A DNA stretch of 64,000 bases from Gammaproteobacteria bacterium (GTDB taxonomy: Bacteria > Pseudomonadota > Gammaproteobacteria > SZUA-152): positions 91,602 to 155,601 of the forward strand of contig JAVVEP010000005.1 in assembly GCA_032250735.1 (NCBI GenBank), written 5' to 3'. The position numbers were made by a program, and so were the translations under genes. The notes beneath the pieces were generated by a model, which worked only from the letters and a program-made list of their open reading frames with translations, was not told the origin of the DNA and ran no database searches. This document shows positions 39,700 through 50,345 of this stretch, piece after piece. Each line of letters begins with the position of its first letter. The stretch's first letter is position 1.

Positions 39700-39837
39700 A
39701 CCCTTACTCTAGCGGAAAGGGTCAAAAAGGGGAAAGATAAAAGGGGGAAATGGAAGATTAACTGCGGGCAAAAAAAAGGGGAAAGAGCCGGGGCACCGCC
39801 CCTTTGCTCTTTCCCCTTTTGCGCTTTTATCTGCCGT

Positions 39838-41247
39838 TTAGCAGGAGTAATACATATCGAACTCGACCGGATGAGTGGTCATGCGGATGCGTGTGACATC
39901 GGCCATCTTCAGCTTGATGTAGGCATCGATCATGTCGTCGGTGAACACGCCACCCGCGGTGAGGAAGGCGCGGTCTTCGTTCAGCATATCCAGAGCCTGG
40001 TCGAGGGCATGGCACACGGTCGGAATGGCCAAGGCTTCTTCTGCGGGCAGGTCGTACAGATCCTTGTCCATGGCTTCGCCGGGATGGATCTTGTTCTGGA
40101 TGCCGTCCAGGCCGGCCATCATCATGGCAGCAAAGGCCAGGTAGGGATTGGCGGTCGGGTCCGGGAAACGGACCTCGATGCGGCGACCCTTAGGATTGCT
40201 GATGAAGGGAATACGAATCGAGGCAGAGCGGTTGCGGGCGGAGTAGGCCAGCATCACCGGGGCTTCGAAGCCAGGCACCAGACGCTTGTAAGAATTGGTT
40301 GAAGGGTTGGTGAAGGCGTTCAGCGCACGGGCATGCTTGATGATGCCGCCGATGAAGAACAAGGCAGTTTCGCTCAGGCCACCGTAGCCGTCACCGCTAA
40401 ACAGATTGTTGCCGCCCTTGAACAGGGACATGTGCACGTGCATACCGGAACCGTTGTCGCCGACGATGGGCTTAGGCATGAAGGTAACGGTTTTGCCGTA
40501 GGCGTGGGCCACGTTGTGGGTGCAATATTTCTGGATCTGCACCCAGTCGGCACGTTGGGTCAGGGTGCTGAATTTGGTGCCGATTTCGCACTGGCCGGCC
40601 GTCGCCACTTCATGGTGATGGACTTCAACGGGAACACCCATTTCTTCCATGGCCAGACACATGGCGGCACGGATATCGTGCAGGCTATCAACCGGTGGTA
40701 CGGGGAAATAACCGCCCTTGACACCCGGACGGTGTCCGATGTTGCCGTCTGGGTAGACTTTTTCGGAGTTCCAGGAAGCTTCTTCGGAGTCGATCTTTAC
40801 AAAGCAGCCGCTCATGTCGGCGCCCCAGCGGACGTCGTCGAAAATGAAGAATTCGGGCTCAGGACCGAAGTAGGCGGCGTCGGCGATCCCGGTGCTCTTC
40901 AGGTAGGCCTCGGCGCGGTTGGCAACGGAGCGAGGATCGCGCTCGTAGCCTTGACCGGTCGCCGGCTCGACGATGTCGCAGGTGACGATCAGCATGGCTT
41001 CGTCAGAGAACAGATCCATTACGGCGGTAGAGGTGTCAGGCATGAGAATCATGTCGGATTCGTTGATGCCCTTCCAGCCCTCGATGGAGGAACCATCGAA
41101 CATTTTGCCTTCGGTGAAGACATCTTCATCCACTGTATGAGAAGGAACGGTGACATGCTGCTCCTTGCCGTGGGTATCGGTGAAGCGGAAGTCAACGAAC
41201 TTCGCCTCGTTATCTGCGATCATCTTAAGAACGGCTTGTGCGGACAT
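39838..41247 (-). CDS. glnA: Glutamine synthetase type I
   Basis: 469 aa with GlnA signature motifs and an adenylylation-site-region Tyr (NPYL). Confidence 0.95.
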   Translation of the reverse strand: MSAQAVLKMIADNEAKFVDFRFTDTHGKEQHVTVPSHTVDEDVFTEGKMFDGSSIEGWKGINESDMILMPDTSTAVMDLFSDEAMLIVTCDIVEPATGQGYERDPRSVANRAEAYLKSTGIADAAYFGPEPEFFIFDDVRWGADMSGCFVKIDSEEASWNSEKVYPDGNIGHRPGVKGGYFPVPPVDSLHDIRAAMCLAMEEMGVPVEVHHHEVATAGQCEIGTKFSTLTQRADWVQIQKYCTHNVAHAYGKTVTFMPKPIVGDNGSGMHVHMSLFKGGNNLFSGDGYGGLSETALFFIGGIIKHARALNAFTNPSTNSYKRLVPGFEAPVMLAYSARNRSASIRIPFISNPKGRRIEVRFPDPTANPYLAFAAMMMAGLDGIQNKIHPGEAMDKDLYDLPAEEALAIPTVCHALDQALDMLNEDRAFLTAGGVFTDDMIDAYIKLKMADVTRIRMTTHPVEFDMYYSC

Positions 41248-41388
41248 TGTCGAACTCTCCTGGTGTTAAAAGTAATGTTTTAAAGTAATGATTAAATAGT
41301 CGAACCGTTTTGCGGCGCATTTTCTGTCAGCCCAGTGTTGCACGACGGACAGGGAATCTGTTTGTAGCAACCGAATGGCATGGAAATT

Positions 41389-41404
41389 TGCAGGATCTGT
41401 GCCA
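41389..41404 (-). promoter_or_regulatory. Sigma-54 (-24/-12) promoter for glnA
   Basis: The minus strand reads TGGCAC-AGATC-CTGCA. NtrC-like enhancer half-site pairs lie at 41510-41526 (TGCACAGTAATGGTGCG) and 41481-41495. Confidence 0.65.
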
Positions 41405-41601
41405 TGGGTGATTTGATCAATAAAAACAAATAGCTAGTACGTTTTAATCAGCCTGCTGGTGTGACTCCCCTCCCGGAATCGCACCAATATGTTGCTTTCT
41501 GACCTTTTGTGCACAGTAATGGTGCGCTTTGGTATGGGTTTATGGCCATTTTATCGGTATGAGCAGGGGCTCCATAGACACGCAAGTGCAAAGTCGTGTG
41601 C

Positions 41602-42783
41602 TTAGTGGAAGTGCACCTGGACGTCAGCGATACATTCTTCTTGCTGGGCGAGACGGTTGAGTTCCTCGGTGATGGATTGCGCCTCGGCCGCGTCCCTTAC
41701 ATCAGCAATCGGCAATAGTACCTCGACATGAATTTTGCCGTCTAGATAGTGAAGCATAGTATCTTCAAGATGTTGGGCGGCAGCCAGCCCCTGCCAGCGT
41801 TGTTGTAGCAGGGCCAGGACCTCGTGCCGCAGTGGCAGGCCGCTGCTTGGCGCCGCCTTTTCATCGTCCTCGGGGTCGATGTGCACCGTTACGTCGGTGA
41901 CGTCGGCCACGCTGCGGATGATCTGGGCGCGCACGGTGTCGCTAATGCGGTGGCCTTCGGACACGCTGATCCGCGGATTGACCAGGATATGCACGTCCAC
42001 CATGCCGTCACTCCCCACCCGGCGGGTGCGCAGCATGTGCAGGGCCTGCACGCCGTCCACCGAACGGATGGCGCTCTCGATCTGCTGGATCTGCTCGGGT
42101 TCCATGGCGGTGTCGATCAGTTCCTGCACGCTGTGCCAGGCCAGGTCCATGCCAATCTTCGCCACCATCAGGCCAACGCCGATGGCGGCCACGGCGTCGA
42201 GATAATACAGGCCACCCATGCTGCCCAGTACGCCGACCACCACGATCACCGAGGAAATGGCATCGGAGCGGCTATGCCAGGCGTTGGCGCGCAGCAGGTT
42301 GGAATTGAATTTTTCGGCGGTGCGCAGGGTGTAGTGGTAGATACCCTCCTTGGCGATCACTGAAATACAGGCCACGCTCAGGGCCAGCCAGCCGGGGTGC
42401 GGCAACAGGTCGGGGTTCAGCAGTCGCAGCGTGGCATCGTAGCCAATGCCGATGGCCACGGCGATCAGCGCGCCGCCCAGGATCACCGTGGCGAGGGTCT
42501 CGATGCGGCCGTGGCCGTAGGGGTGTTTTTCGTCCGCCTCCCGGCTGCCGTGCTTGACCGCCAGCAGCACCAGGCCATCGGTGAGCAGATCGGAAAATGA
42601 GTGGATGCCGTCGGCGATCAGGGCCTGCGAATTGCCGATATAACCCACCACGATCTTGGCAACGCCGAGGATGAAGTCGATGGCCGAGCCGATCAGGGTG
42701 ACCTTGCGGGTCTCCTGGTAACGCGCACCATTCAGTTCGCCGGGGGCGGGCGTGCGGGGTGGGTGGGGGTGATGGTGTGCCAT
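41602..42783 (-). CDS. Cation diffusion facilitator family metal efflux transporter (FieF-like)
   Basis: Six transmembrane segments, a C-terminal cytoplasmic domain and an N-terminal His-rich tail (MAHHHPHPP). Confidence 0.8.
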   Translation of the reverse strand: MAHHHPHPPRTPAPGELNGARYQETRKVTLIGSAIDFILGVAKIVVGYIGNSQALIADGIHSFSDLLTDGLVLLAVKHGSREADEKHPYGHGRIETLATVILGGALIAVAIGIGYDATLRLLNPDLLPHPGWLALSVACISVIAKEGIYHYTLRTAEKFNSNLLRANAWHSRSDAISSVIVVVGVLGSMGGLYYLDAVAAIGVGLMVAKIGMDLAWHSVQELIDTAMEPEQIQQIESAIRSVDGVQALHMLRTRRVGSDGMVDVHILVNPRISVSEGHRISDTVRAQIIRSVADVTDVTVHIDPEDDEKAAPSSGLPLRHEVLALLQQRWQGLAAAQHLEDTMLHYLDGKIHVEVLLPIADVRDAAEAQSITEELNRLAQQEECIADVQVHFH

Positions 42784-42790
42784 CGCCGTC

Positions 42791-43039
42791 TCAGCGCTTA
42801 CCGACGCGCACGGTGATCAGGATCTCATTGGTGGCCGGGTCCAGCACGCGGGCCTCCACGATTTCATGGCCGTTGATCCGACACCAGGCCGGGATGTCGC
42901 AGAGTGCACCGGGGTCGGTGCAGCTGACATCCACGGTATCGCCGGGGGACAGGGTGAGTACCAGGTTCTGGGTGCGGATCACCGGCATGGGGCACAGCAG
43001 ATTGCGTGCATCGAGTGTATGGTGACTCACAGGTACCAC
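42791..43039 (-). CDS. tusA: TusA-family sulfur carrier protein
   Basis: 82 aa with the CPxP motif (LLCPMPV). Confidence 0.8.
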   Translation of the reverse strand: MVPVSHHTLDARNLLCPMPVIRTQNLVLTLSPGDTVDVSCTDPGALCDIPAWCRINGHEIVEARVLDPATNEILITVRVGKR

Positions 43040-44070
43040 TCCACGGGGATCTCATCGTTGCGATAGGGTGGGACGTCCAGTTCGTGCATGTCTCCGTCTT
43101 TTATATGTACCGCCATGCGCACCGCAGCGGCGTGTTTGCCCTGGCTGAAACGGGCGGCGAGCCGCGCGGCGATGTGCAGGTCGTCCGGACTGGCGCTGCC
43201 ATCCAGCAGCACCAGCGGCCCCGGGTGGCTGAGCGGAACCAGGTGGGTGAATTGTTTGCGATAGCCTTCCATAAAGCGGTTTTCACCCTCTTCGCGACTG
43301 ATGATCAGCTTGAAGTTAGGCCGCGGGCGCAGATGTCGGCCGACCTTGAGCAGCATGATGTCGTCGATCTCATAGCGCCGTTCGCCACGGCTCTCCCACA
43401 GATCGGCCAGTTTGCTGGAATAGGCGACATCGGTGAGGAAGCAACAGCCGCCGGCGGGCTGGGCAAAGTCTTCGATGCCCATTTCATGGGCCAGCGCGAT
43501 CTGGGGCTTGCGGCCGCGGCCGTTGAAACCGTACAGCTTTTCGCGATCCACCCAGCCCTCACGCTCTGGCAGGGTCTCGGGCAGGATCCTGGCGCATAGC
43601 GGGCGTAGCAGCCGATCTTCTGCACCGGACTCGCGCTGGATCACCGGCATGGTATCGCGGCGTTGCGACATCGGCCGCTGGCCGACCACCTCGCCGGTGA
43701 TGATAAAGTCGAAGTCGTTTTCCTGAATCCACTGATAGGCCTTTTTCACCATGAAACACTTGCAGTCCAGGCAGGGATTCAGATTGGCGCCGTAGCCGTG
43801 GGCGGGATTGATCACCACATCCTTGTACTCTTCGATGACATCAATGATGTGTAGTTTGATGCCCAGCGTTTCCGCCACCCACAGTGAATTGTTGCGCTTC
43901 GGCCGGGTGCTGTCCTTCTTGCGAATGGCGTGGGTGTGACCCTCCACGCAGAAACCGGTGAAAAAATTGATCCCCTCCACATGGATGCCCTGGTCGAGCA
44001 TAACCCTGGTGGCCAACATGGAATCGAGGCCACCGGAGATCAGGGAAATGGCTTTGCGTTGCTTGGTCAT
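43027..44070 (-). CDS. PP-loop ATP pyrophosphatase, ThiI/MnmA-like tRNA thiolation-type enzyme
   Basis: SGGLDS PP-loop near the N-terminus and conserved Cys residues (CLDCKC). Overlaps tusA by 13 nt. Confidence 0.5.
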   Translation of the reverse strand: MTKQRKAISLISGGLDSMLATRVMLDQGIHVEGINFFTGFCVEGHTHAIRKKDSTRPKRNNSLWVAETLGIKLHIIDVIEEYKDVVINPAHGYGANLNPCLDCKCFMVKKAYQWIQENDFDFIITGEVVGQRPMSQRRDTMPVIQRESGAEDRLLRPLCARILPETLPEREGWVDREKLYGFNGRGRKPQIALAHEMGIEDFAQPAGGCCFLTDVAYSSKLADLWESRGERRYEIDDIMLLKVGRHLRPRPNFKLIISREEGENRFMEGYRKQFTHLVPLSHPGPLVLLDGSASPDDLHIAARLAARFSQGKHAAAVRMAVHIKDGDMHELDVPPYRNDEIPVEWYL

Positions 44071-44313
44071 GGAGAGTGGGTGCTTTCGGGTTAGGGTGAT
44101 TTGCTTCGGGCTGCAACCGGTTAAGGGTATATGTTGGCCGGCTGCTGTGCAGTGTTGACTGGCCAGGGGCGGCGATTATAGCTGAATTGGCCGCCACGGT
44201 CCTGTTTTGATGCTGTCTATGAGCGCTATAAGGGGGATGATGGTGACAGGCATAGCGCCGTGCGCAGCGGTATTTGCTAGAATCTCGGCTTCGTAGTCCA
44301 CTAAGGCGATGCT

Positions 44314-44649
44314 ATGTCCTCACAAGATACCCTCGACGCGATTGTGCAGATCAAGAAAACCCATGAAAATTTTATGGTCAGCATCGGCATCCTGATCGGC
44401 GTCATTTTGGTGGTGTATTTTTTCACCTATGGCGCCCTGGTGGACTCGGTCACCAGTTCACTGATCTGGTTTGAGGTGATCACCAGCGTGATGATGGTGG
44501 TGGTGCTGGTGTTTCTGCGTCGGGTGTGTTTTTTTCTGACCCGGCTCAAGCTGGGACGACGGGTGGAATATGCGCAACTGCTGCACAGGATGGATGCCGC
44601 CGATCTGGCGCGGGATGCGCAGGCGATCGCGGCAAGGCTGGATCGGTAA
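44314..44649 (+). CDS. Hypothetical small membrane protein
   Basis: 111 aa with two predicted transmembrane helices. Confidence 0.4.
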   Translation: MSSQDTLDAIVQIKKTHENFMVSIGILIGVILVVYFFTYGALVDSVTSSLIWFEVITSVMMVVVLVFLRRVCFFLTRLKLGRRVEYAQLLHRMDAADLARDAQAIAARLDR

Positions 44650-44658
44650 ACTGTCTGT

Positions 44659-45237
44659 CTAGTGACGCTGTCGCCCGCTGCCCTTGATTGGCGTGGCCTG
44701 GGTGACCTGCTGTAGTCGATTTTCCGCCTGGCTGCTGCCCGTGTGTTCCCATAGTTCATAGGCGGTCAAGGCGTCATACAAAGGCTGTTCATCGCCCAGC
44801 TGTCTTATGCTCTGCAATACATCCATCGCCGGCACAAAGCTCTCGTACAGGTGTTCATACAGATGGCCCTGATGGTGTGGCGTATTGTGATGGAGCTGAT
44901 AATAGGCACCGATGCCGAGATCGATAAAGTAGTTGCTGTTGACCAGTCGCGCGCGCGCCTGTTGCGGAAAAAAGCCGGCGTACAAAAGACAGATATCACC
45001 GACCTCGCGCAGCTTTTCGATCTGCCGGTGACCGGAGCTGCGAATCCCGTTGAGATAATCCAGGGCCAGAATGCGAGCCGCTATTTCTGGTTTGCACAAG
45101 AATCGCTGTAGCAGGAAAACCAGATAGCTCTGAACCTCTTCCCCCAGATGACGATGGGACCTGTGTTCCGCTTCGCACACCAGTTCATGCCAGTGAGCGG
45201 TGGATGTGGGTTGTAGCTCGATGTCACGCATACGCAC
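44659..45237 (-). CDS. Hypothetical protein
   Basis: 192-aa ORF with normal codon usage and no recognised motif. Confidence 0.4.
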   Translation of the reverse strand: MRMRDIELQPTSTAHWHELVCEAEHRSHRHLGEEVQSYLVFLLQRFLCKPEIAARILALDYLNGIRSSGHRQIEKLREVGDICLLYAGFFPQQARARLVNSNYFIDLGIGAYYQLHHNTPHHQGHLYEHLYESFVPAMDVLQSIRQLGDEQPLYDALTAYELWEHTGSSQAENRLQQVTQATPIKGSGRQRH

Positions 45238-45317
45238 CTCCTTACATTCAGGTTATCGGCGCGTAGCAGGCAGGGCTTTAGCGTGGTTAATGGTCAGTGA
45301 AAGGAGGAGGGAAGAGT

Positions 45318-45377
45318 GAGAGCCTGTGAAAAAATCGCCGACCTGCTACGGCCGTCGATTTTTTCACAGGCTCTGAG
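45318..45377. repeat. Collapsed MITE-X copy (two terminal inverted repeats joined, 60 bp palindrome)
   Basis: gagagcctgtgaaaaaatcg...cgattttttcacaggctctgag with only 20 bp of interior sequence. Confidence 0.6.
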
Positions 45378-45415
45378 CGGTCGGAGGGTGGAGAAATTTT
45401 TCCAGCCTTTGCCTG

Positions 45416-45997
45416 CTAGCGAATCGTACCCTCGGTCCCGGCCAGCAGGTTGCGGATATTGGAACGGTGTCGCCACAACAGCATGACACTGATCAGCGCT
45501 GAGACGGCGATGAACTCGGGCTGTGGTGCAAGCAGCCACATATACAGGGGCGCGAGCGTAGCGGCGACGATCGCCGACAGCGATGAAATGTTGAATAGTT
45601 TGGCCATCACCAGCCAGCTAGCCAGCACCGCCAGACCGACCGGCCAGGCCAGGGCGATCAACACACCGCCGGCGGTGGCGACGCCCTTGCCGCCGCGAAA
45701 ACCAAAAAAGACGGGATACAGGTGGCCGAGGAAGGCGGCCAGCGCGACCAGCGCCAGGATCAGTGGCGGAGCGGACAGCAGTTGCGCGACCAGCACCGGG
45801 ACCACGCCCTTGAGGGCGTCCCCCGCCAGGGTGATAGCCGCGGCCTTCTTGCCGCCCACGCGTAATACGTTGGTGGCGCCGGGGTTGCGCGAGCCCTGGG
45901 TGCGCGGATCGGGCAGGCCCATCAGCCGGCAGCTGATGATGGCGGCGGAGAGGGAGCCGGCGAGGTAGGCGGCGAAGATCAGGAGGTAGTCGAGCAT
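45416..45997 (-). CDS. plsY: Glycerol-3-phosphate acyltransferase PlsY
   Basis: Multi-transmembrane protein with the PlsY motif (SGNPGATNVLR). Divergent from folB, as in E. coli ygiH-folB. Confidence 0.85.
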   Translation of the reverse strand: MLDYLLIFAAYLAGSLSAAIISCRLMGLPDPRTQGSRNPGATNVLRVGGKKAAAITLAGDALKGVVPVLVAQLLSAPPLILALVALAAFLGHLYPVFFGFRGGKGVATAGGVLIALAWPVGLAVLASWLVMAKLFNISSLSAIVAATLAPLYMWLLAPQPEFIAVSALISVMLLWRHRSNIRNLLAGTEGTIR

Positions 45998-46170
45998 GCC
46001 GGCATTATCGCTCACTTTATTGGGTAAGTCGCTGTGCGTTTATGAGAATGCGTCATGAGGAAAAAGGCGCTTGCTGGTCTGGCTTTAGGCAACGCGGTAT
46101 AGTTCGCCACAATTGCGATATTGCATCCAGTCACTGTTTCACCTCTGCCGGAGTCCGCTGAGCCATTATT

Positions 46171-46539
46171 ATGGATATCATTTTTCTGCACGACCTCACC
46201 ATCGAAACCATCATCGGCATCTACGACTGGGAGCGCAAGGAAAAGCAGTCAATCATTCTCGATCTGGATATGAGTGCGGACATTCCTGCCGCCGCGCGCA
46301 CCGATGCCATCGAAGACACCCTTAACTACAAGGCCGTGGCCAAGCGGCTGATCGAGTTTGTAGGGGATGGCCAGTTTCAGTTAGTCGAGACCCTGGCCGA
46401 GCGCGTGGCGGAGATCGTAATCAAGGAATTCGGTGTCGGCTGGGTGCGGGTGCGGGTGAATAAAAAGGGCGCGGTGCGTTATGCCGGAGATGTGGGGGTG
46501 ATTATCGAACGGGCAGCCGGGTCTGGCGAGCGGCGTTAA
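46171..46539 (+). CDS. folB: Dihydroneopterin aldolase
   Basis: 122 aa, MDIIFLHDLTIETIIGIYDWER. Confidence 0.85.
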   Translation: MDIIFLHDLTIETIIGIYDWERKEKQSIILDLDMSADIPAAARTDAIEDTLNYKAVAKRLIEFVGDGQFQLVETLAERVAEIVIKEFGVGWVRVRVNKKGAVRYAGDVGVIIERAAGSGERR

Positions 46540-46541
46540 TC

Positions 46542-47030
46542 ATGCCCAGGGTGTTTGTCGGCATCGGCAGTAATATCGATCGCGAGCGCAGCGTGCGGGC
46601 CGGGGTGGCCGAGTTGCAGCAGGCCTATGGCGATGTACAGCTGTCGTCCGTGTACGAAAGCGAGGCGGTGGGTTTCGACGGCGACGCCTTTTATAACCTG
46701 GTCGCGGCGTTTGATACCGACGACAGCGTCGACCAGGTGGTCGCCACCCTGGCGGCCATCGAGGATCGGCAGGGGCGCCTGCGTAGCGGCGAGCGCTTTG
46801 CGGCGCGGACCCTGGATCTGGACCTGCTGCTGTATGGCGACGCGGTCATCGCCACCGAAAACTATCACCTGCCGCGTGACGAGATTCCCCGTTATGCCTT
46901 TGTGTTGTGGCCGCTGGCCGAGCTGGCGCCGACCCTGCGCCATCCCGAGAGTGGCGAGGATTTCGCCAGCATGTGGGCGCGATTCGACAAAAGAAATCAG
47001 CCGCTGCGGCCGATAGTTTTCAAATGGTAG
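46542..47030 (+). CDS. folK: 2-amino-4-hydroxy-6-hydroxymethyldihydropteridine pyrophosphokinase
   Basis: 162 aa with HPPK motifs, 3 nt after folB. Confidence 0.85.
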   Translation: MPRVFVGIGSNIDRERSVRAGVAELQQAYGDVQLSSVYESEAVGFDGDAFYNLVAAFDTDDSVDQVVATLAAIEDRQGRLRSGERFAARTLDLDLLLYGDAVIATENYHLPRDEIPRYAFVLWPLAELAPTLRHPESGEDFASMWARFDKRNQPLRPIVFKW

Positions 47031-47092
47031 CCTGACTCGCATTTCGCGCCAGGCCGATCACCGCCTGGGAAACCCTGAAACCGACCGCCGCA

Positions 47093-48298
47093 ATGACCGA
47101 CAGCACTAACCACAGCCCCGATACCAACAGCTTTAGCGAAATCACCGGCAGCGCCAGGCCGTTGATCCTCATTGTCGACGATTCCCCCACCATTCGCCTG
47201 TCCCTGAGCCGTGCGTTGCAGGATGAATTCAGGTCCGTCGAGGCGGTGGATGGCGAGGAGGCCTGGGAATTTCTCAGCAGCGATGAGCGCATCGAGGTGG
47301 TGATCACCGATCTGTCGATGCCAAAACTGGATGGTCTGGGGCTGGTCAAGCGCATGCGGGAGAGCGTGGTGTCGCGGATCCGCAACGTGCCGGTGATCAT
47401 GGTCACCGGAGGTGACGATACCGACGTGCGGGAAAAGGCCTTCCAGGCGGGGGTCAATGATTTCGTCACCAAGACCAGCGATCGCGTCGAGCTGCTGGCC
47501 CGCCTGCGCGCCCACCGAAAGCTGGCGGTAACGATTCGCGAACTGGAAGAGAGTCAGCGCTCACTGCGCGAGCAGGCCAACACCGACATGCTGACCCGGC
47601 TGGCCAACCGGCGCTTTTTTACCCATGTCGCCGACAAGGAACTGTCGCTGATGCGCCGGCAAAAGGAATATTTTGCGGTGCTGATGATGGACATCGACCA
47701 CTTCAAGCACACCAACGATACCTTCGGTCACGCCGCTGGCGATTACGTACTGGTGCAGGTGGCCCAGGCCCTGAGCAAGGCCGTGCGCGCCGAGGATACC
47801 GTGGCGCGCATCGGTGGCGAGGAGTTTGTGGTCAGTTCGCCCTACACCAACCGGCTGGCGGCCATTGTGCTCGCCGAGCGCCTGCGCAAGGCGGTGGAAT
47901 CGCTGGATCTGCAGTTCGAGGGCAACCACATCCCGGTCACCATCAGCATCGGCATTGCCCTGCAGCCGCAGGATGGCGATGCCCTGGATACCCTGCTGGC
48001 GGCCGCCGACGAGCGCCTGTACCTGGCGAAAAATGCCGGCCGCAATCGATTCTGTGCGGCCGACAAACAGCACAGCGAGCCGGCTGTGGGGGTGGATATG
48101 CTCTGCCCGCAACTGGACGAGGCCGTCTCCATGATCCGTCACGGCAACCTGCAGCGGCTGATACCGCACCTGCCGACCCTGCTGGAGAGGCTGATCCCCC
48201 TGTTTGAGCTGGTGAACGAGGAGTCGCCGGTGGAGATCGATGTGGATCAGGTGCGCGCGGCGATCATCGCGCTGAAGGCCAAGGGTGTGTCGGATTGA
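47093..48298 (+). CDS. Response-regulator diguanylate cyclase (REC-GGDEF)
   Basis: REC domain plus an intact RIGGEEF active site and an RAED I-site. Confidence 0.8.
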   Translation: MTDSTNHSPDTNSFSEITGSARPLILIVDDSPTIRLSLSRALQDEFRSVEAVDGEEAWEFLSSDERIEVVITDLSMPKLDGLGLVKRMRESVVSRIRNVPVIMVTGGDDTDVREKAFQAGVNDFVTKTSDRVELLARLRAHRKLAVTIRELEESQRSLREQANTDMLTRLANRRFFTHVADKELSLMRRQKEYFAVLMMDIDHFKHTNDTFGHAAGDYVLVQVAQALSKAVRAEDTVARIGGEEFVVSSPYTNRLAAIVLAERLRKAVESLDLQFEGNHIPVTISIGIALQPQDGDALDTLLAAADERLYLAKNAGRNRFCAADKQHSEPAVGVDMLCPQLDEAVSMIRHGNLQRLIPHLPTLLERLIPLFELVNEESPVEIDVDQVRAAIIALKAKGVSD

Positions 48299-48413
48299 GG
48301 ATGAGCTGGTTATGGCAGAGAGAGTGTGGACGAAACCATAAAATGACCGCTCCATGAATTCACCGGTTTTTCTACCGCCGCGTTAGAAGTCAAAGACTGA
48401 TCATACTTGCAGG

Positions 48414-48489
48414 GGATTGGGGTCATTGCCTGACTTTGCACATCCACAATTCAGCATTTCAGAGGAGTGTAAAGTCAAGCAATGACCCC
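48414..48489. repeat. About 75-bp imperfect palindromic element (ggggtcattgcctgactttgcaca...tgtaaagtcaagcaatgacccc) with tandem tail repeats
   Basis: Its reverse complement recurs at 49879-49945, on the other side of the histidine kinase gene. Confidence 0.6.
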
Positions 48490-48610
48490 CTGTCGATGAT
48501 GACCCCCTGTCGATGCTACTCTACCCGAATCCTGACCCTAAATTGCTTATGAGGTGCCTACCCAAAAAGGAATTTAAGAAAAATAAAAACCAGGCCGATA
48601 CCCACATGGA

Positions 48611-49867
48611 TTGTATAACAATAACAATGAGGAATTATCTGTGTTTTCCATGCAACCCGCTAAATGTCCTTACTACTTGGCCAACACCGCATGTCACGGC
48701 ACAGAGGGCGCACGTAACCAAGAGACGTACCTGCGCACCGTACTCGAACACGTTCTGGATGGGATTATCTCCATCAATGCCTACGGTATTATCGAAATCT
48801 TCAATCCCGCCGCCGAGCGCATGACCGGCTATACTCGTGCCGAAGTTCTGGGACGCAGTATCAATATGCTTATGCCCGCGCACCTCGCCGAGGAGCACGA
48901 TGGCAACATGCAACAGTTTAAACAAAGCCGCACATCGCGAATTATGGGCACCATCCGTGAAGTCCCGGTGATGCGCAAGGACGGCACGGTCTTTCCCGCC
49001 GAACTTGCCGTCACCTACATGGAACAGAAGGAACAGCCTGTGTTCATCGGGAGCCTACGCGACGTGAGCGAACGCAAACGCGTGGAAGATGAACTCAAAA
49101 AACACCACGACAATCTTGAAAAACTCGTGCGGGATCGCACAGTAGAACTCGAAGTATCAAAAGAACAATCGCAACAGGCCAATCACGCCAAGAGCGCGTT
49201 TCTCGCCAGCATGAGCCACGAGTTGCGCACGCCGCTCAATGCCATCTTGGGCTACAGCGAAATACTCAAGGAAGACATGGAGGCCGAGGGTTATCTGGGC
49301 GCCGTGGAAGACCTGGATAAAATCGCCAACGCGGGCAAACATCTGTTGGCGCTGATCAACGACATTCTTGACATCTCCAAAATCGAGGCGGGTAAGTTCG
49401 AACTCGTCGAAGCTGATGTCGAAGTTGGCACGCTCATCGCCAGCGTCGCCGCAACGACCCTCCCGTTGGTGGAAAAAAACAATAATCGTCTGGAAATCCA
49501 CTGTCCCGTCGACATTGGAGATATCAAGGCCGATGCCATGCGCCTGCGACAGACACTGCTCAATCTGCTCGGCAACAGCGCCAAATTCACGCAACAGGGC
49601 AGAGTCCGTCTTGAGGTCGAGCGCCTCGATGATCACATCTGTTTTTGCGTTTTCGATACCGGCATCGGCATGACCCGAGAACAGATGGGCCGCCTGTTCG
49701 AAACCTTCTCCCAAGCCGACGCGTCAATTACCCATCAATACGGCGGAACGGGACTTGGTCTAGCCATCAGCCGGCGCCTTTCGCGACTGATGGGGGGCGA
49801 TATCGATGTGGAGAGCGAGTTCGGTAAAGGGTCTTGTTTTACGCTAACTCTGCCGGTTGCTCGATGA
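48611..49867 (+). CDS. Cytoplasmic PAS-domain sensor histidine kinase (HisKA plus HATPase_c), no receiver domain
   Basis: H-box [19 protein letters not shown] and N/G1/G2 boxes. GC content is clearly lower than in flanking genes. Confidence 0.8.
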   Translation: MYNNNNEELSVFSMQPAKCPYYLANTACHGTEGARNQETYLRTVLEHVLDGIISINAYGIIEIFNPAAERMTGYTRAEVLGRSINMLMPAHLAEEHDGNMQQFKQSRTSRIMGTIREVPVMRKDGTVFPAELAVTYMEQKEQPVFIGSLRDVSERKRVEDELKKHHDNLEKLVRDRTVELEVSKEQSQQANHAKSAFLASMSHELRTPLNAILGYSEILKEDMEAEGYLGAVEDLDKIANAGKHLLALINDILDISKIEAGKFELVEADVEVGTLIASVAATTLPLVEKNNNRLEIHCPVDIGDIKADAMRLRQTLLNLLGNSAKFTQQGRVRLEVERLDDHICFCVFDTGIGMTREQMGRLFETFSQADASITHQYGGTGLGLAISRRLSRLMGGDIDVESEFGKGSCFTLTLPVAR

Positions 49868-49878
49868 GTGACGGGAGT

Positions 49879-50058
49879 GGGGTCACTTGACTTTACACTC
49901 CTCTGAAATACTGAATTGTGGATGTGTAAAGTCAAGCAATGACCCCAGACCCTGCAGACCCTCCATTTCAGATGAGTGCAAAGTCAAGCAATGACCCCAG
50001 ACCCTCCAAGCAATGACCCCAGACCCTCCAAAGTCAAGCAATGACCCCAGACCCCTTG
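49879..50058. repeat. Palindromic element copy plus four tandem aagtcaagcaatgaccccagaccctcc-type repeats
   Basis: Direct repeats were read off the sequence; they are not separated by unique spacers. Confidence 0.6.
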
Positions 50059-50345
50059 CGACTCTACGGCCATGTTGTCAGGAGTCTCTATAAGTGGTTG
50101 AATCGCAGGAGTCAACGTCACAGCTACAACTGGGCAGGACTCAAGCAGCGTTGGATTACTTCGGTATTCAACCTCTGCGCGTCTGGAGGCGTACCCACGT
50201 AGTAGTGGATTGGTACTAGGGTCGTGCTTGCACGGGCGAATAATTTGATTGAGGAGCCGGATGCGGTAATTCCGCACGTCCGGATCTGTGTCGGGGCCGC
50301 CGGGTAACTGGCGGTCTTACGACGACGGTAGTCGCAAAAAAGCTA

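Noticed and set aside
49930-50060. Possible CRISPR array (repeated aagcaatgacccc units)
   Set aside because: The repeats are head-to-tail without unique spacers of regular length and no cas genes are nearby, so this is a tandem/REP-like array, not a CRISPR.
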